Made by a program: the position numbers and the translations under genes. 64,000 nt of DNA, taken from assembly GCA_964016885.1 (NCBI GenBank), contig OZ024762.1, forward strand, positions 3,224,001 to 3,288,000, in the 5' to 3' direction. The notes beneath the pieces were generated by a model, which saw only the letters and a list, made by a program, of their open reading frames with translations, ran no database searches and had not been told where the DNA came from. This stretch comes from Eledone cirrhosa (taxonomy: Eukaryota). Positions 25,611 to 40,100 of this stretch are shown here, piece after piece. Within the stretch, counting starts at the first letter, position 1. Every line of letters starts with the position of its first letter.

Positions 25611-27509
25611 TGGTTCCGTGAAAAAAGGTAGAGGAGTATATTTATATTACGACCATATAACAGTATTAGATTTTGGGGTTCCCTCAAAAGTTTCTGAACC
25701 AAAAAGGGTTCCACGTGTTAAAAGTTTGATGTCACGTAGAGATGTATCTGTAATTCAATGAGTCAGCCTTGTCGCGCATTGATTCACGTTGAATCTCCTT
25801 GAGAACTACGTTAAGAGTACACGGTGCACGTGTCTATGGTATGCTCAAGCACTTACATGTACAATTTCCCGAGCAGGTGGTTCCGTTGATTTACTAGAGC
25901 ACTCGTCATTGGAAATGAAGGAAATCCAGCAACAACAACAACGACAATATGTCTTATCATTGATGTAGAGAGGAGGAGGTTTGTTGCGGGCAGGACCGAA
26001 CGCTGGGATTCACCAGAGTTGAGAGAGAGATAGACCCGTCATCACAAGCTGTTATAATTATTTCTACTATAGGCACAAGACCAGCAATTTTGGTGGAGGG
26101 GAAAGTCGATTAAATTGACCCCAGTGCATTACTGGTGCTTTATTTTATCGACTCCGTAAGGATGAAAGGCCAAGTTAACCTCGGCGGGATTTGAACTCAG
26201 AACGTAAAGGGACTATGCTACAAAGCATGGTGTCTGACGCTCTATCGATACTGTTATAATTCAATCTGATAGGAAACTACCGATACAAGAGATGGAGGAG
26301 AGGTGGGGTTCATATTCAATCCAATTTAATCCAGGGCCTTCTCTCTCCTGTTGGAGGAACTCCACCTCCTTGGTTGACCTCCACTGCTCTCTGTTTGGTA
26401 TTGGTCATGTACTCAAGGGTGTAGCTATACTCACCACGCTTGGCCAGTTGCAGGTTGCTGAGGCTATTGTTGGTGATGGAGTGCCGTTGACTCTGAGTTC
26501 ATCCACCCCTTTTAACAGCTCGTTTTCTCTCTTACTGGGGTTTCACTTATCTTCCTCACCAGACCAGACCCTGACAGGGGAACCGGTTTTAATCGCCGAC
26601 CATTCAACCACGAAGCAGGTTGTACATGGTAAAAGTAACAGGCAGAAACTTGACCTGACATAGGCGAGAGTAAATTCGGTAATTTTATTTATCACATTTA
26701 CACTCGTTTCCGAGACGACGATGACTACTACTACTTCTTCTTCTTCTCCAACTTATTCCTGAGAGTGTCGTGGGGGCAGAGTCCTCAAACACTCCTTCCA
26801 GCAGGTCCTGTCAGAAGCAACCGTCTCCAACTGATCCTGCTGGATCCCCAAGCGAGATCAGCCAAGCTCATGGATGTTATCCAACCATCTTGCTCAGGGT
26901 CTACCTCTGGGTCTTCTGCTAGTTTGTTTTTGCCCATAAAATCTGTCCAACGATTCTTTCCTAAGATATTCTAACCACATGCCCATAATATCGGAGCTGT
27001 GATCCCTCAATTCGGGGAAGTAGCGGCTCTACTTGGAGTGACTCTCTGATCTCCGAGCTACACACTCCATCGAGAAACATTACCCAAAAGACTCTTTTAC
27101 TGTTATAGACTTATCTTTTTTGAGGAACTATTAACTGTAAATCAATTTACACCGAATATTAGTGTCATGCGCACACGACTATTTCCGCCCGTATAGAGCG
27201 TGGTGTTTACGAATTGTACAACCTACCCCGGTCTTAGTCGGTTTATATAAACACCCATATATACATAGATATACACAGATAAATATATATATTTGAACAG
27301 CTACAGATATATCAAGGTATGTAGAATTGATCTATGTAAATAAATCTAACTGGTTTTATACTTCTACATTTACACAAGCAATACTTACTGTTGAATTATT
27401 GTTTTCCTATGTAAAATATGTTTTCTCGTAACCGTCAGTACTAAACCTGTATATATATTAATATATAAGGGAACAAAGAATCGGTGTTGCATCATATACA
27501 TATTTAATT

Positions 27510-27601
27510 ACATATTACATATGTTTCACTGTCGATCAGCTCGAGGAACGATCTATTAATGATCGAACCTGACTCTGGAATCGAAAGCTCCTCAGATATG
27601 T
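27510..27601 (-). ncRNA. Type I hammerhead ribozyme with extended helix II and intact core
   Basis: ACATAT-CTGAGGA-GCTTTCGAT...ATCGACAGT-GAAA-CATATG-TA-ATATGT. Confidence 0.8.
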
Positions 27602-27824
27602 TTTAATATGTAGGCTCGCTATTATATTAGGTATCAATCGAAGTTATAGCTGCAGTAAGGCAAAATACCAATCGAATTATTTGAGGCAGTCACAAAGCAC
27701 ACAAATGTACTTAAGGGTGACACCATGAATATATCGACTAGGTGTATGTTGCCATAGTATATAACTACAACTATAGATATCAACAATATATATATAAAGA
27801 CCAGTTACTGCAACGGTGCTATAC

Positions 27825-27871
27825 CAGGTACGTACGTTTCGTTGGAGCTAAGGACCAACTTGCTCAACCTG
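27825..27871 (-). ncRNA. Hammerhead-like motif with variant core (UUGAGCAA)
   Basis: CAGG-TTGAGCAA-GTTGG tccttagct CCAAC-GAAA-CGTACG-TA-CCTG. Confidence 0.6.
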
Positions 27872-28091
27872 TGTCTATGAAAAAGAACCGGAAAATATAT
27901 ATATGTGTGCATGTGTGTGAGTCCCGGGTTCAATCAGGGGTGGCCACAGAAAGTAAAGTACTCAATACATTAGTAGAGGGTAAACAACAAATTTAATATT
28001 TTTCATGGTTCTCCCCGTTCGGGTTTTTAGAGGTTGGCAGGTCTGATACGTTATCAAACCAAAATGAAGTTTTGTTCTATTTTATTCCAGA

Positions 28092-28160
28092 ATGACAGCT
28101 TCTGGTGGGAAAGGACCAGCTCCCACGGTAGAACAGATCCAAGAAGATGTTATTACACAG
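28092..28160 (+). CDS. AQR: AQR coding exon 1 ([23 protein letters not shown])
   Basis: Acceptor ttccag at 28090, ATG at 28092, donor gtatgg. Confidence 0.9.
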
Positions 28161-31100
28161 GTATGGTATTTTTTTATGTCCACACATTTAATATTTCTCA
28201 TTTGGCACATCATTGGGAGAGGGCACTTGCCCTAGCAGTCACGGTGACCATAGCTTTTGTGGGCTTTCTCCACAAGTAACCCTTGGAGTCTCCTCACCTT
28301 TGGGGAATTTTTGTTTTTTAAAATGTTTATTTTCCTAATCTCTGTTATAAATTTTATTCTGCCCCCCCCCCCCCACTGTATTGTCCTGTACCATCTTTAA
28401 TGTCTCCTTAATGTGAGCCCTGTGTAAAAGCATTATTATTATTATTTATTTGTTTGTTTTTTAGTTGGCAAACCAGTTTTGGTCCCCTTATTCATTGGAA
28501 CGAAAAGCATTCAAGCCGAAGGTTAGCACATCAAATACTAAACTTAAACTGTGTCCAAATGCCATTGATTTGATGGGGTGGGGGCTGTACAGATTACAGT
28601 ACACATTTCACTGATTACAGTACATATTACAGAAATTACTGTACATATTTCACAAATTACAATACATATTTCACAGATTACAGTATACATTTCACAAACT
28701 ACAGTACACATTTCACAAATTATAGTACATATTTCACAGATTACAGTACATATTTCTCATTTTATAGTGCATATTTCACAAATTATTGTACTTATTTCAC
28801 AGATTGTACACATTTTGTAAATTACATTACTCATTTCATAAAACATGTTATACATTTCACATCATATTGTACATTTCACAAATTTTAGTACATATTTCAC
28901 AAATTACAGTACACATTTCACATATTGTACACATTTTGTAAATTACAGTACTGATTTTATTAAATATATTATGTTTTGCATTATATTGTAGATTTCACAA
29001 ATTATATTCCACATTTCATACATTGTTGTGACACATTTCATAAATTCTATTCTGTAGGTCATTGAAGATATTTATGAGAAAGAAATCCTTGCCACAAAGT
29101 AAGTAATGTGATTATTATGGATGGCAGCAGGTGACAGAATCAGTGGAGTATTTAACAAAATAATTTGTGGTATTAAGTTATCATCATACATCTACTGTCC
29201 ATGTTGGCATAAGTTGAATGGTTGAAGATTAGAATTGTTGGAAAACCAAGTTTGGGGTCTTGTATGTTCCATATTTAGTATGATCTCTACAGTTGGATGC
29301 CCTTCCTAACATTAACCACTTTACAGAGTGTAATGGGAGCATTTTCTCATGGCACAAGAGTCTTTTACCTTCTTCTTCGCCCACTTATTCCTGAGAGGGT
29401 CATGGAAGCAGAGTCCTCAAACATTCTAGCAGGTCCTGTCAGCAGCATCTATCTCCAACTAATCCTACTAGATCCTCAAGTGTGACCAGCCAAGCTGAGG
29501 GATGTTTTCCAACCATCATGCTCTGGATCTCCTGCCATTTGGTTTTGCCCATAAAACTGACCAGTGATTCTTTCCTGAGACATTCTAACCACATGTCTAT
29601 AGTACTAATCTCTCAATTCAGAGTAGTAGCGCCACCTGGAGTGGCTCACTTTCTCAGTTATGACGAGTGTTCTAGTTGATCCAATTAATGGAACAGCCTG
29701 CTCATGAAATTAACAGGCAAGTGGCTGAGCATTCCACAAACACGCATGCCCTTAATGTAGTTCTCAGGGAGATTCGACGTGACACAGGTACAACTCATTT
29801 TTGCCAGCTGAGTGAACTGGAGAAACGTAAAATAAAGTGTCTTGCTCAAGGACGCAACATGCCACCGGGAATCGAACTCATGACCTTACGATGACCTAAC
29901 AATAAAGCCACGTGTTTTCATACTCTATCAAGTAACGTTACTCTAAAGACTCTTTGGAAGAACTCTATTCAGATTCTTGTATTCACCCTTCTATCCAACT
30001 TAAAAATAAGAAAGTTATTTTAGTAAGTACTTCCAAATTCTTGATAACAAAATGGTTAATTTTTTCATTTTCTTTTTTTTTTTCCAGATTTTCAATCCGA
30101 AGAATTGTTGTCCTTGAATTCAGGTAAGTTCCATCATTTTCCTCTTTGGTTTATTATTATTATAAGGACAGTGATGTGGTAGCATCAGTAGAGATTACAT
30201 GCTTTGCAGCATGTTTCACACAATATCAGAATTCATTCTCTGAGCTCATAGCAATACTAACTGGAAGGTGCCTATCGATTGAAATATCTGTGTTTTTGTA
30301 TGGTAGGGAGTAGAGAGTGGAGAGAGACGAAAATGCTATGGTTCACTGGATATGTGGTGTCAAAATCTCAGACAGTTCACACGGCATCTCTCTTAAAGAT
30401 ACCAACTAGCACTCGACTTTGTTTTAAGATCAAAGTAGACTGCGTTAGTTTGGACATATGAACCGTAGTGGTGTGTGGATACATCGATGTACCAAGATTG
30501 TGGCCCCATGTAAGACCTGGGAAGAAGAAATCACAGATGATCTGAAAGCATGGAACCTGGACCAAAACCCATCCCTGAACACTCTGGGGAGATGCTTGAT
30601 GCTTTGAAAGGGGCTACCTAAATGTCCAATGCTTATGACAAGTAAAGAAGACATTAACCCTTTAGCATTTAAACCGGCCATGTCCGGCCAGGATTCTCTC
30701 ACATCTTTCTGTTCAAACCAGCTGTAACCGGCCGCTCATACTGTCGTTAAGGTATTGTTCTCAAAATAAATAATATCAAAATTTCATAGATTCAATATTA
30801 TGTGAGATAAAGCCATTACTGTGAAAATACAATACTATCATCATCATCGTTTTAACATCCATTTTTCCACGCTAGCATGGGTTAGATGGGTTGTCCTGTT
30901 GTGGGCAATTCTAGGTCAGGTGACCATGTCTTGCTCATATAGAACTGATTTTGGCTAGGTTTCTACAACTGGATGCCCTTCCTAGCGCCAACCTCATTTA
31001 CAGTGAGCACTGGGTGCTTTTTGTCGTGAACCAGCACAACAACTTTACAGTGTGTGCTGGGTGCTTTTTGTTGTGACACCTACACGACCACTTTACAGTG

Positions 31101-34100
31101 GGAGGGTGGGGTGGGGCAAACTATATATGTTTCAGCTTCAGCCTGTACCTGTGGGACGTCGGGTCCTCTGTATTACTGCCTAACACAGGATATCTCGGTC
31201 CTGTGTCATTGCCTATGAGAGGTGCAATTGGGCAAGGTCAGCTTTTATCACCTCATCCTGCATCTTCCTGGGTATCCCCACTCTAAAGCTTCCATCAACT
31301 TTGAACACTCTGCACCTTTTTATGCAGCTGTCATCCTTCATATGCAACACATGTCCATACCAACATAATCTCCTCTCTTTCACACATTTGATTCCTCTTA
31401 TGTCTAGTTTCTCAGTTTGTTTATTACACATCCATCGTAGTAAATATGGAGTAATGTAAATGGTAAAGGGTTAACATCAGTTTTGTGGTAATGAAATAAC
31501 TTTCTTTTATTTTCAGTCAATATCTCGAATGTTATCTATGGCCCAATTATAATCCTGAAACGGTATGTATAGTATTGTGTGTATATTACACTCTAGTGTG
31601 TATATGTTACAGTGTGTATATATTGTATGTATATTGTAAGGTGTATATTGTAGTGTATGTATTGCAGTGTGTGTATATTGTAAGGTATATACTACAGAGT
31701 AGTCTGTATATTGTAGTGCATATATTACAGTGTATATATATTGTTAGGTGTATATCGTAGTGTATATTTATACAGTATATAGACGTGGTCTATAAAAATG
31801 CCTAAAAACATCAAAACATAACATAAAATATAGGCTGGCAAATATGATATATTGTTATTAATAATTGTTTCTACTTTTGGCACAAGGCCAGCAATTATCT
31901 CAGTACATTACTGGTATTTTATTTTATCGACCCCGTAAGGATGAAAGGCAAAGTTAACCTCGGCGGGATTTGAACTCAGAATGACAAGGACTGTAACTCT
32001 ATGTGTCAAAGCATGGCGTTCGACCCTCTACCGATACTGCCAATCCACCGCCCTTTTGTTATTGATAATATTGTTATTAATAATTTAGCGTTAACAAGCG
32101 TGAAAAAATATATATTGCCACAAAAAATGCAATTTAAAAAATCGTGGAAGATATTTAAGATTCTGCAAATATGCGGTGGTTTCACGAACAATTATTTGTT
32201 AGGTTCTGAGGAAAATTCCGCAAATGCCAGGGGTTCACTGTATATTGTATAAATATTTTACCTAACTTTCTTATGACAGGAAACCAGGATAAGTTCCAGC
32301 TTTAATTTTCAACTTTTTCCTTACCACAGGCAACCAAAAGCCACTTGATTTCTATCATCATAATGGTCAATGAGAAGTTCCGAGAAAGGGTTCCTGCTTG
32401 GGAGGTAAGATATTACTTATTTTCTTTTACTCTTTTGCTGGGACACCACTGTGATTTAGTCAATCCTGTTGAACCCACTTATTCCTAGGAAGGTCTTGAG
32501 AGCAGAGTCCTCAGACTCTCTCTCTCTTCTCATCCCATCCTCATATTTGAGAGTCAAGGGTCATGGACTTATGGACCACTACTCTCCATCTTTTTCTGTC
32601 TCTTGCCATTGCCATACATTCTGCTAAACTCCTTCCTGTCCATTCTTTAATATCATCTGTCCATCTCCTTTTCTGCTGTCCCCTCGCCTGACCCTTTTCC
32701 CTTGTATTCGTCCCTCAAGGATGTGGGTAGTCAAATTTTGGGCCCTGATGACATGAGCAAAATACTGAAGTTCCTTTCAAAAGGGTTGATCCCTTCTTCA
32801 CCCGAAACCATGTGATTGTGAAGTACACACTGTAAAGTGGTTGGTAATAGGAAGGGCATCCAACCATAGAAAACCTGCCAGACAAGGGGTTGGGAGGACC
32901 CTTCAGTTTGTGTCAAAGACATGACAACCTCCTTAGTGCTAGTGATCTACACAATAAAAGCACCCAGTACACTCTGTAAAGTGGTTGGTGTTAGGAAGGA
33001 CATCCAGCTGTAGAAATCAAGCCAAAATCAGTTCCGTATGATCAAGACATGGTCATCTGACCTGGCATTGCCCACAACAGGACAACCCGTCTAACCCATG
33101 CTAGAGTGGAAGAATGGACGTAAAATGATGATGATGAATTATTGACTGATTTTATCATTGTGATATTTTTGCATTATATCAATATAAAGGAGATTACTCA
33201 TCAAAAACAAGCTGGTTCCTTTCATTAAATTTGTGTACTTTAATCATATTATAAGTTATTTATATCATATATTATATTTAATGCACTATTAGTCGTTGTT
33301 TATTTTTAAATGTACTTTTTATCACATAAAATTTGGTGAGGCGGGAGCAAATTTTCATTCCAAAAATGCGGCTCAGAGAAAAAAAGTTTGGGAACCACTG
33401 CATTAAATGATGATGAGAAGAAGAATTTATCAGCTATATACCCACGATGTTACTTTATTTTTTTCTTCTTCACAATATTTTATCTTTCCTTTGAATCCAT
33501 TGCATATTTATTTCCTTACATTTTCCCCCAACAATTGCAGGCATTTCAATCAAAGCCGGACAACTTTGCGGGTTTCTTCCAGAAGGTTCTACAAGCCAGC
33601 CTAAATGCGACCAACTTCTCCCTCCGGGAACAATCCATGTTGCTGGTGTTCCTCATTCATTGCTTCAATAGTTTGGTAAGTTTATAATCATCTCCAAAAT
33701 TCCATCAATTTAATTAAATTTACTTGCTAACAAACATTAAATTGGCAGAAGTCTTCACTGCTTCAGGCTATGATATCTGTGAGCAGGGATGTGGTTTGAG
33801 GAGGCCAAGAATGCCAGAAGTCTCTACTGCTTCAGGCTCTACAACAAACCTATCAAAGAACTGTGACAATTTGGCCTGGCGGCAGTGAAGCCTGGTTTTG
33901 TAAGTTATCACACTAATCACATTGACTCTCTTCTGAGATCATTCATCCTATTGACTGATCTTGTTATTTGTCTTGATGGGTTTCTAGCAATCCTCCTCAC
34001 CAAACTAGCCAGCTACCTCTCTAATAACGGTTTGTTTTTCAATTTTCAAGTTTTTTTTTCAATTGTCAGTTTATAGATTTTTCCAGTTTACAGTCTTTTT

Positions 34101-37100
34101 TCAGTTTACAAACAGTTTTATTAAATTATTCAAATTTAATTTAATCAGTTTTATTTAAAAATTAATAATGAAAAAAATGACTCAAATTTAGTTTGATTTT
34201 AATTTAAAAAATAATTTTTTAACTAAATATTGTTAATAATTTGTTTGACAGGAGGTTGATTTGATCCGTGAACAGGTCCAGAGATTAGTGTCTTTGAGTA
34301 TTTGGATAAACCTTCTTCCTGTAAGTATTAAAATCCTTCTGTTTTATCTTGATTCCTTTCTAATATAGATTTAGGATATTGGCCCTTACTGATACATACA
34401 CACATTGAATCTTTTGTAATATAGATGTAGGATATTGGCTCTTAGGAAGTTGTCATGTCTTTGACACAACTAAAGAGCCCTCCTGGTGCTTTGTTTAGCA
34501 GATTTTCTATGACTGGATGCCCTTACTATCAGCAACTTTAAATAACATTCTGTCTCTTTTCTCGGTACCAAAAGGGACGGCGTGAGGAACTGTTCAGTGT
34601 TTTCCCAAAATACAAGAAATTCTTCATTTTACTTCGCAAAAGTCAGAACAAATTGTCTGAAACGGAGAAGAAGAGGTCAGAGTTTGAATGTGGCTTTTTG
34701 TTTCATCTCATCAAAAGATATTTTAGTGTTCTGGAACAGATTCCGGAGAAAGGTAAGACTTGGTTTCCTTTCACATCACATTCATGTCTGTGTGTCTTCT
34801 CTCTCTCTATTACATCACTCGCTCTCCTCTGTTACATTACTTTCTCTCACCCTCTCTCTCTCTCTCTCTTGTCTATTACATCACTCTCTCTCCTCACTGT
34901 TACATTACTTTCTCTCACTCTCTCTCTTTCTCTCACATCACTCTCTCCTCACTGTTACATTACTCTCTCACTCTCTCTCCTCACTGTTACATTACTCTCT
35001 CACTCTCTCTCCTCACTGTTACATTACTCTCTCTCTCTCTCTCCTCTATTACATCACTATCTCCCCACTCTTACATATCTTGTTCCACACCAATCTACCA
35101 CAGCCCCCTCTCTCCACCAATCCACCCCAATCCCCAATCCACCTCTCTCCACACCAATCCCCTCCTCTCTCCACCCCAATCCACTCCAATCCCCCCTTCT
35201 CCACCCCCCTCTCCACCCCAATCCACCACAGCCCCCCTCTCTCCACCCCAATCCACCACAGCCCCCCTCTCTCCACACCAATCTACCACAGTCCTCCATT
35301 GTCCACCTCTGTCCACTTCAGGTAAAATAACCCCAGACTCCATCCATTACTGTGAACGTTTCCTGGAACTTATGATAGACTTGGAGGCCCAACTGCCGAC
35401 CCGACGTTTCTTTAACGCCCTCATTGATAACACCCACTTCCTTGTGGTCAGCAAGTTGTCCAATTTGATAAAGAAGCCGGAAGGGAAACTCTTTGGACAG
35501 GTAAATCAACTTACCTCTTTTTTCTTCTGCCCATGTCCATCTGTCTTCTTTTTTCAACGCTCGTGTGTATGTCTGTATGTGAGTCCATATGTGTGTATGT
35601 CTGTATGTGAGTCCATATGTGTGTATGTCTGTATGTGAGTCCATATGTATGCATTTATATGTATGAGTATATAAATATAAACGTGCAGACACACTTACAA
35701 AAATACACACTACAGACATACATTCACACATATACATTCACACACACACATTCATTCACACAAACACATACATTCACACAAACACATACATTCACACAAA
35801 CATACACATACATTCATACAAACACATACATTCACACACACACACATACATTCACACAAACATACACATACATTCATACAAACGCACACATACATTCACA
35901 CAAACATACGCATACATTCACACAAACACACACATACATTCACACAAACACACACATACATTCACACAAACACACACATACTCGTCTAACTCATGCTAGC
36001 ATCGAAAAATGGACATAAACCATTGTTGATGAAGATGATGACACATACATTCACACACAGCATAGCAAATGGAACGCCAGCTGCTGTTTTGCTATAGTTT
36101 TTTCACCATCCCTTTCCTTCCTTTTACACATACATTCACACTAACACACACATTGTGTGATGGACAGAAGTCGCTCCAATTTATATATAGAGATTTAAAC
36201 TCTTTCCTCTCTACCCTACCCTCTGTCATATGAAAGTGACCATTGGTCTGAGATATCTATGTAAGAGGCCACAGGTTGTTTCTATACACTGTTCTATTCT
36301 TCTCAACAGCTGCTGGACATGTTAGAAATGTATGTTGAGTTTGAAATCAATGACCAGACCGGAGAGGCCTTAACTATCCACGATCGGATCGACATTCACT
36401 ACAACAAGATCACGGCCCTACAGGTAACAGGACATCAGCTTTTGTAACACTGCTTCACTCATTGTCAAAAGTAGATTTAACCCTTTAGTATTTACATTAC
36501 TCTATATTTACTATTGTATTTTCATGGTAAAGGTTTTACCTCACATAACATTTACATTACTCTATATTTACTATTGTATTTTCATGGTAAAGGCTTTATC
36601 TCACATAATATTGAATCTATGAGATTTTGATATTATTTATTTTGAGAACAATACTTTAACGTCAGTATGAGTAGCCAGTTTGAACAGAGAATGGTGAGAG
36701 AATTCTGTCCGGATACGGTCAGTTTAAATGCTAAAGGGTTAATGAAGGTGTGAGGCTCAGTGGTTAGGGTGTGGGATAGGATAAACACATTTTATAACGT
36801 CAAGGGTTCAATTTCTGGACCAGCTTGCATGTTGTGTTCTTGAGCAAGATAACAGCTTTTATAACACATCTCTTGTAAAAAATAGATTTAATGAAGGCAT
36901 GTAGCTTAGTGGTTAGAGTACTGAACATAAAGAGGTGGTTTATTTCGGTTGGGGGTGGGGATTATTCAAAAGAAGTCTCTGGCCTAATTATTAAACCTGA
37001 TCCCTCTTCCTACAAACAAAGTTTTTTATTGTATAAAATTTTATAAACTGGCTTTTGTTTCTTTTCCAACAAAGTCCATCTTCATTAGTTTCCTCAGGTA

Positions 37101-40100
37101 TTTCTTGTGTTTTTGTTCCTAAAGAACTTAGTCCAGAGGCTCACCCAAATAAGTCTAAGTCTAAAGTCAGTCTTACGCCATTTAAAGCTCATTTGGCCAG
37201 TGCTTATCCCGGTTTCATGGCATGAAGCAACTGAGAGTACAAGACTCCCCCCTGGACAGGATGCCAGTCCATTGCAGGGTTAAACCTCCAGCTATTGCTG
37301 GTACTCATTTTCAGCTGAGTATACTGGAGCAACGTGAAATGAAGTGTTTTGCTCAAGAACACAACATGCAACCTAGACCAGGAATGGAACCCACAACATT
37401 ATGGTCGTAAGTCCAACACCCTAACCACTAGACCACGTGCCTCCAACTGGTGTTCATTGGTGGATTGGCAGTATCGGTAGAGGGTCGGACGCCATGCTTT
37501 GACGCATAGAGTTACAGCCCTTACCATTTTGAGTTCAAATCCCGCCGAGGTTAACTTTGCCTTTCATCCTTACGGGGTCGATAAAATAGAGTACCAGTAA
37601 TACACTAGGTAATTCTGGCCTTGTGCCAAAAGTAGAAGCAATTATTTCTCCCTGGATTGGACACCTAAAGTCAATCACCTCACTGAACCAGCAAAATGGT
37701 TTCGCAAATTATTTTTTATGTAATTTTATCCTAGAAATATATTTGAGTATTTTGAGACAAATATTTATTGCCTGATTAAATAAAAACACAATCATTAACA
37801 AATGCTAATAAGGTAACAAGTAATTTGAGGTATATTCTCTCCTTTTCTTTTCCAGAAAGTTCTCTTCCAACAATTTGAAGACTTACAAGATTTTGCGATC
37901 GCAAATGTCGCCAGCATTGATACACGACAGGCTCTGATGAAGCACTTCTCTGCTATAAAGTAGGCAATGTTTGATATCTTCTTGTTAAATAATAGGAAGG
38001 GGGTGGTGGTTTGGCAGTAGAATCGGCAGCACATCAGACAACATGCTTTGCGGCATATAGTTATGTCCCTTGGCGTTCCAAGTTTAAATATTGCCGAGGT
38101 TAACTTGGCCTTTTACCCATCCTTATCATCATCATCACCGTTTTACATCCATTTTTGCATCAAGGTCCACATCAAGAGAGAAAGTACGGCATGGCCAGAA
38201 TTGGCCATGCCGTACTTTGCTCCAACGGGACTGTAAATTTGGCTGGGGTTTTTACAGCTGGATGCCCTTCCTAACACTAACCACATGTATAGTGTGGGAC
38301 TGAATGACACCGTTATGAGGATGGACAGGCCAGTGTGGTTGATAAAATAAAGTACCAGTAACACACTCGGGTCGATTTAATTGACTTTTCCTTCACCCAA
38401 AAATTGTTGGCCCTGAGCCTAAATCACAAACCAGGGCAGTGTATTGACTATTGGTAGAGTGTCGGACAACATACTTTGCAAGTATATAGTTATAGTCTTT
38501 TATGTTCTGAGTTCAAATCCTGCTGAGGTTATCTTTGGCTTTCATCCTAACGGATCGATAAAATAAAGTACCAGTAATGCACTGGGGGCGATTTAATTGA
38601 CTTTTCCCCCCTTCCCTTCAAATTGCTGCATTTGTGCCAAAAGTAAAACTTTCTCTCCTTCTCTGAGAGAAGTCTGCTGTATTCAGACCTGGAAATGTAT
38701 ACACCCTTTCATTAGAATGCTGTTAAAGTGTGTATACATTTTGGGGTAACACCCTGTATATATATTTCTCCATTTCTTCTTCAGCTGCAATTTGTCTTTA
38801 CACAAAATGTGCGCCCATCTCAATTTATTGCCGTTTCCTGAGACAGAGGAAACAGATTCACCAACAGAATTCTTACTGGAACTATTGGTAAGTAAAGTAG
38901 TTTGTTTTGTGCTGATTGCAACAATTCCTTCCCACTTTCCATTAGACTCTTTGATATTTAAGTCTTCTTCTTCCTAGCATTTTCTTTTTTTTCTTTTGTT
39001 TCTTTATTCTTTCTTGTTTTCTCCTGTAAATTGGTAGTGCTGGTGTCATGCTAAAATACACCAAGTACACTCTGTAAAGTGTCAGTGCCATGATAAAATA
39101 CACCCATTACACTCTGTAAAGTGGGAGTGTTGATGCCATGATAAAATGTCCCCAGTACACTCTGTAAATTGGTAGTGTCATAACAGAATACATCCAGTAC
39201 ACTCTGTAAAGTGGTAGTGCTGGTACCATGATAAAATACACCCAGTACACTCTGTAAATTGGTAGTGTTGGTGCCAGAGTAAAATGCACCCAGTTCACTC
39301 TGTAAATTGGTAGTGTTGGTGCCAGAGTAAAATGCACCCAGTTCACTCTGTAAATTGGTAGTGTTGGTGCCAGAGTAAAATGCACCCAGTACACTCTGTA
39401 AATTGGTAGTGTTGGTGCCATGATAAAATGCACCCAGTACACTATAAAGTGGTAGTGATGGTGTCATGATAAAATACACCCAATACACTCTGTAAAGTGG
39501 TAGTACTGGTGCTACAATAAAATGCACCCGGTACACTGTAATCATGTGGTACATGTGCCATAATAAAATGCCCCCTCCCCCAGTACTAAATACTATGAAA
39601 CAGTTGCATATAATGCCCCCCTCACTCACACGAACCACACCTTTATCTCTTCTCTCTATATCCTTAATTTCAGATAACAAAACACCAGAAACGTCCATCA
39701 CAGTTAGAGACCATTAACGAGATGCCACTTTACCCAACGGAAAATATCATTTGGGATGAGAACATAGTCCCTACAGAGTATTTCTCTGGAGAAGGTGAGA
39801 AATGGGAAATGATTTACTAAAATTATTATTTTATTACTAATTCGTAGACCTCGAGCAAGATTGTTGGATAACATCGATGAGCTTGGCTGGTCACGCTTGG
39901 AGATCCTGCTGGATCAGTTGGAGACAGTTGCTTCTGACAGGACCAGTTGGAAGGAGTGTTTGAGGACTCTGCCCCCATGACCCTCTCAGGAATAAGAGAG
40001 CAAAGAAGAAGAAGAGGAAGAATTTGTGCCAACCCTTACCTATGCTCATGAATCTTGGGTAATGATTGAAAGAAGGGTCTTTGGAGTAATGTTACTCAAT

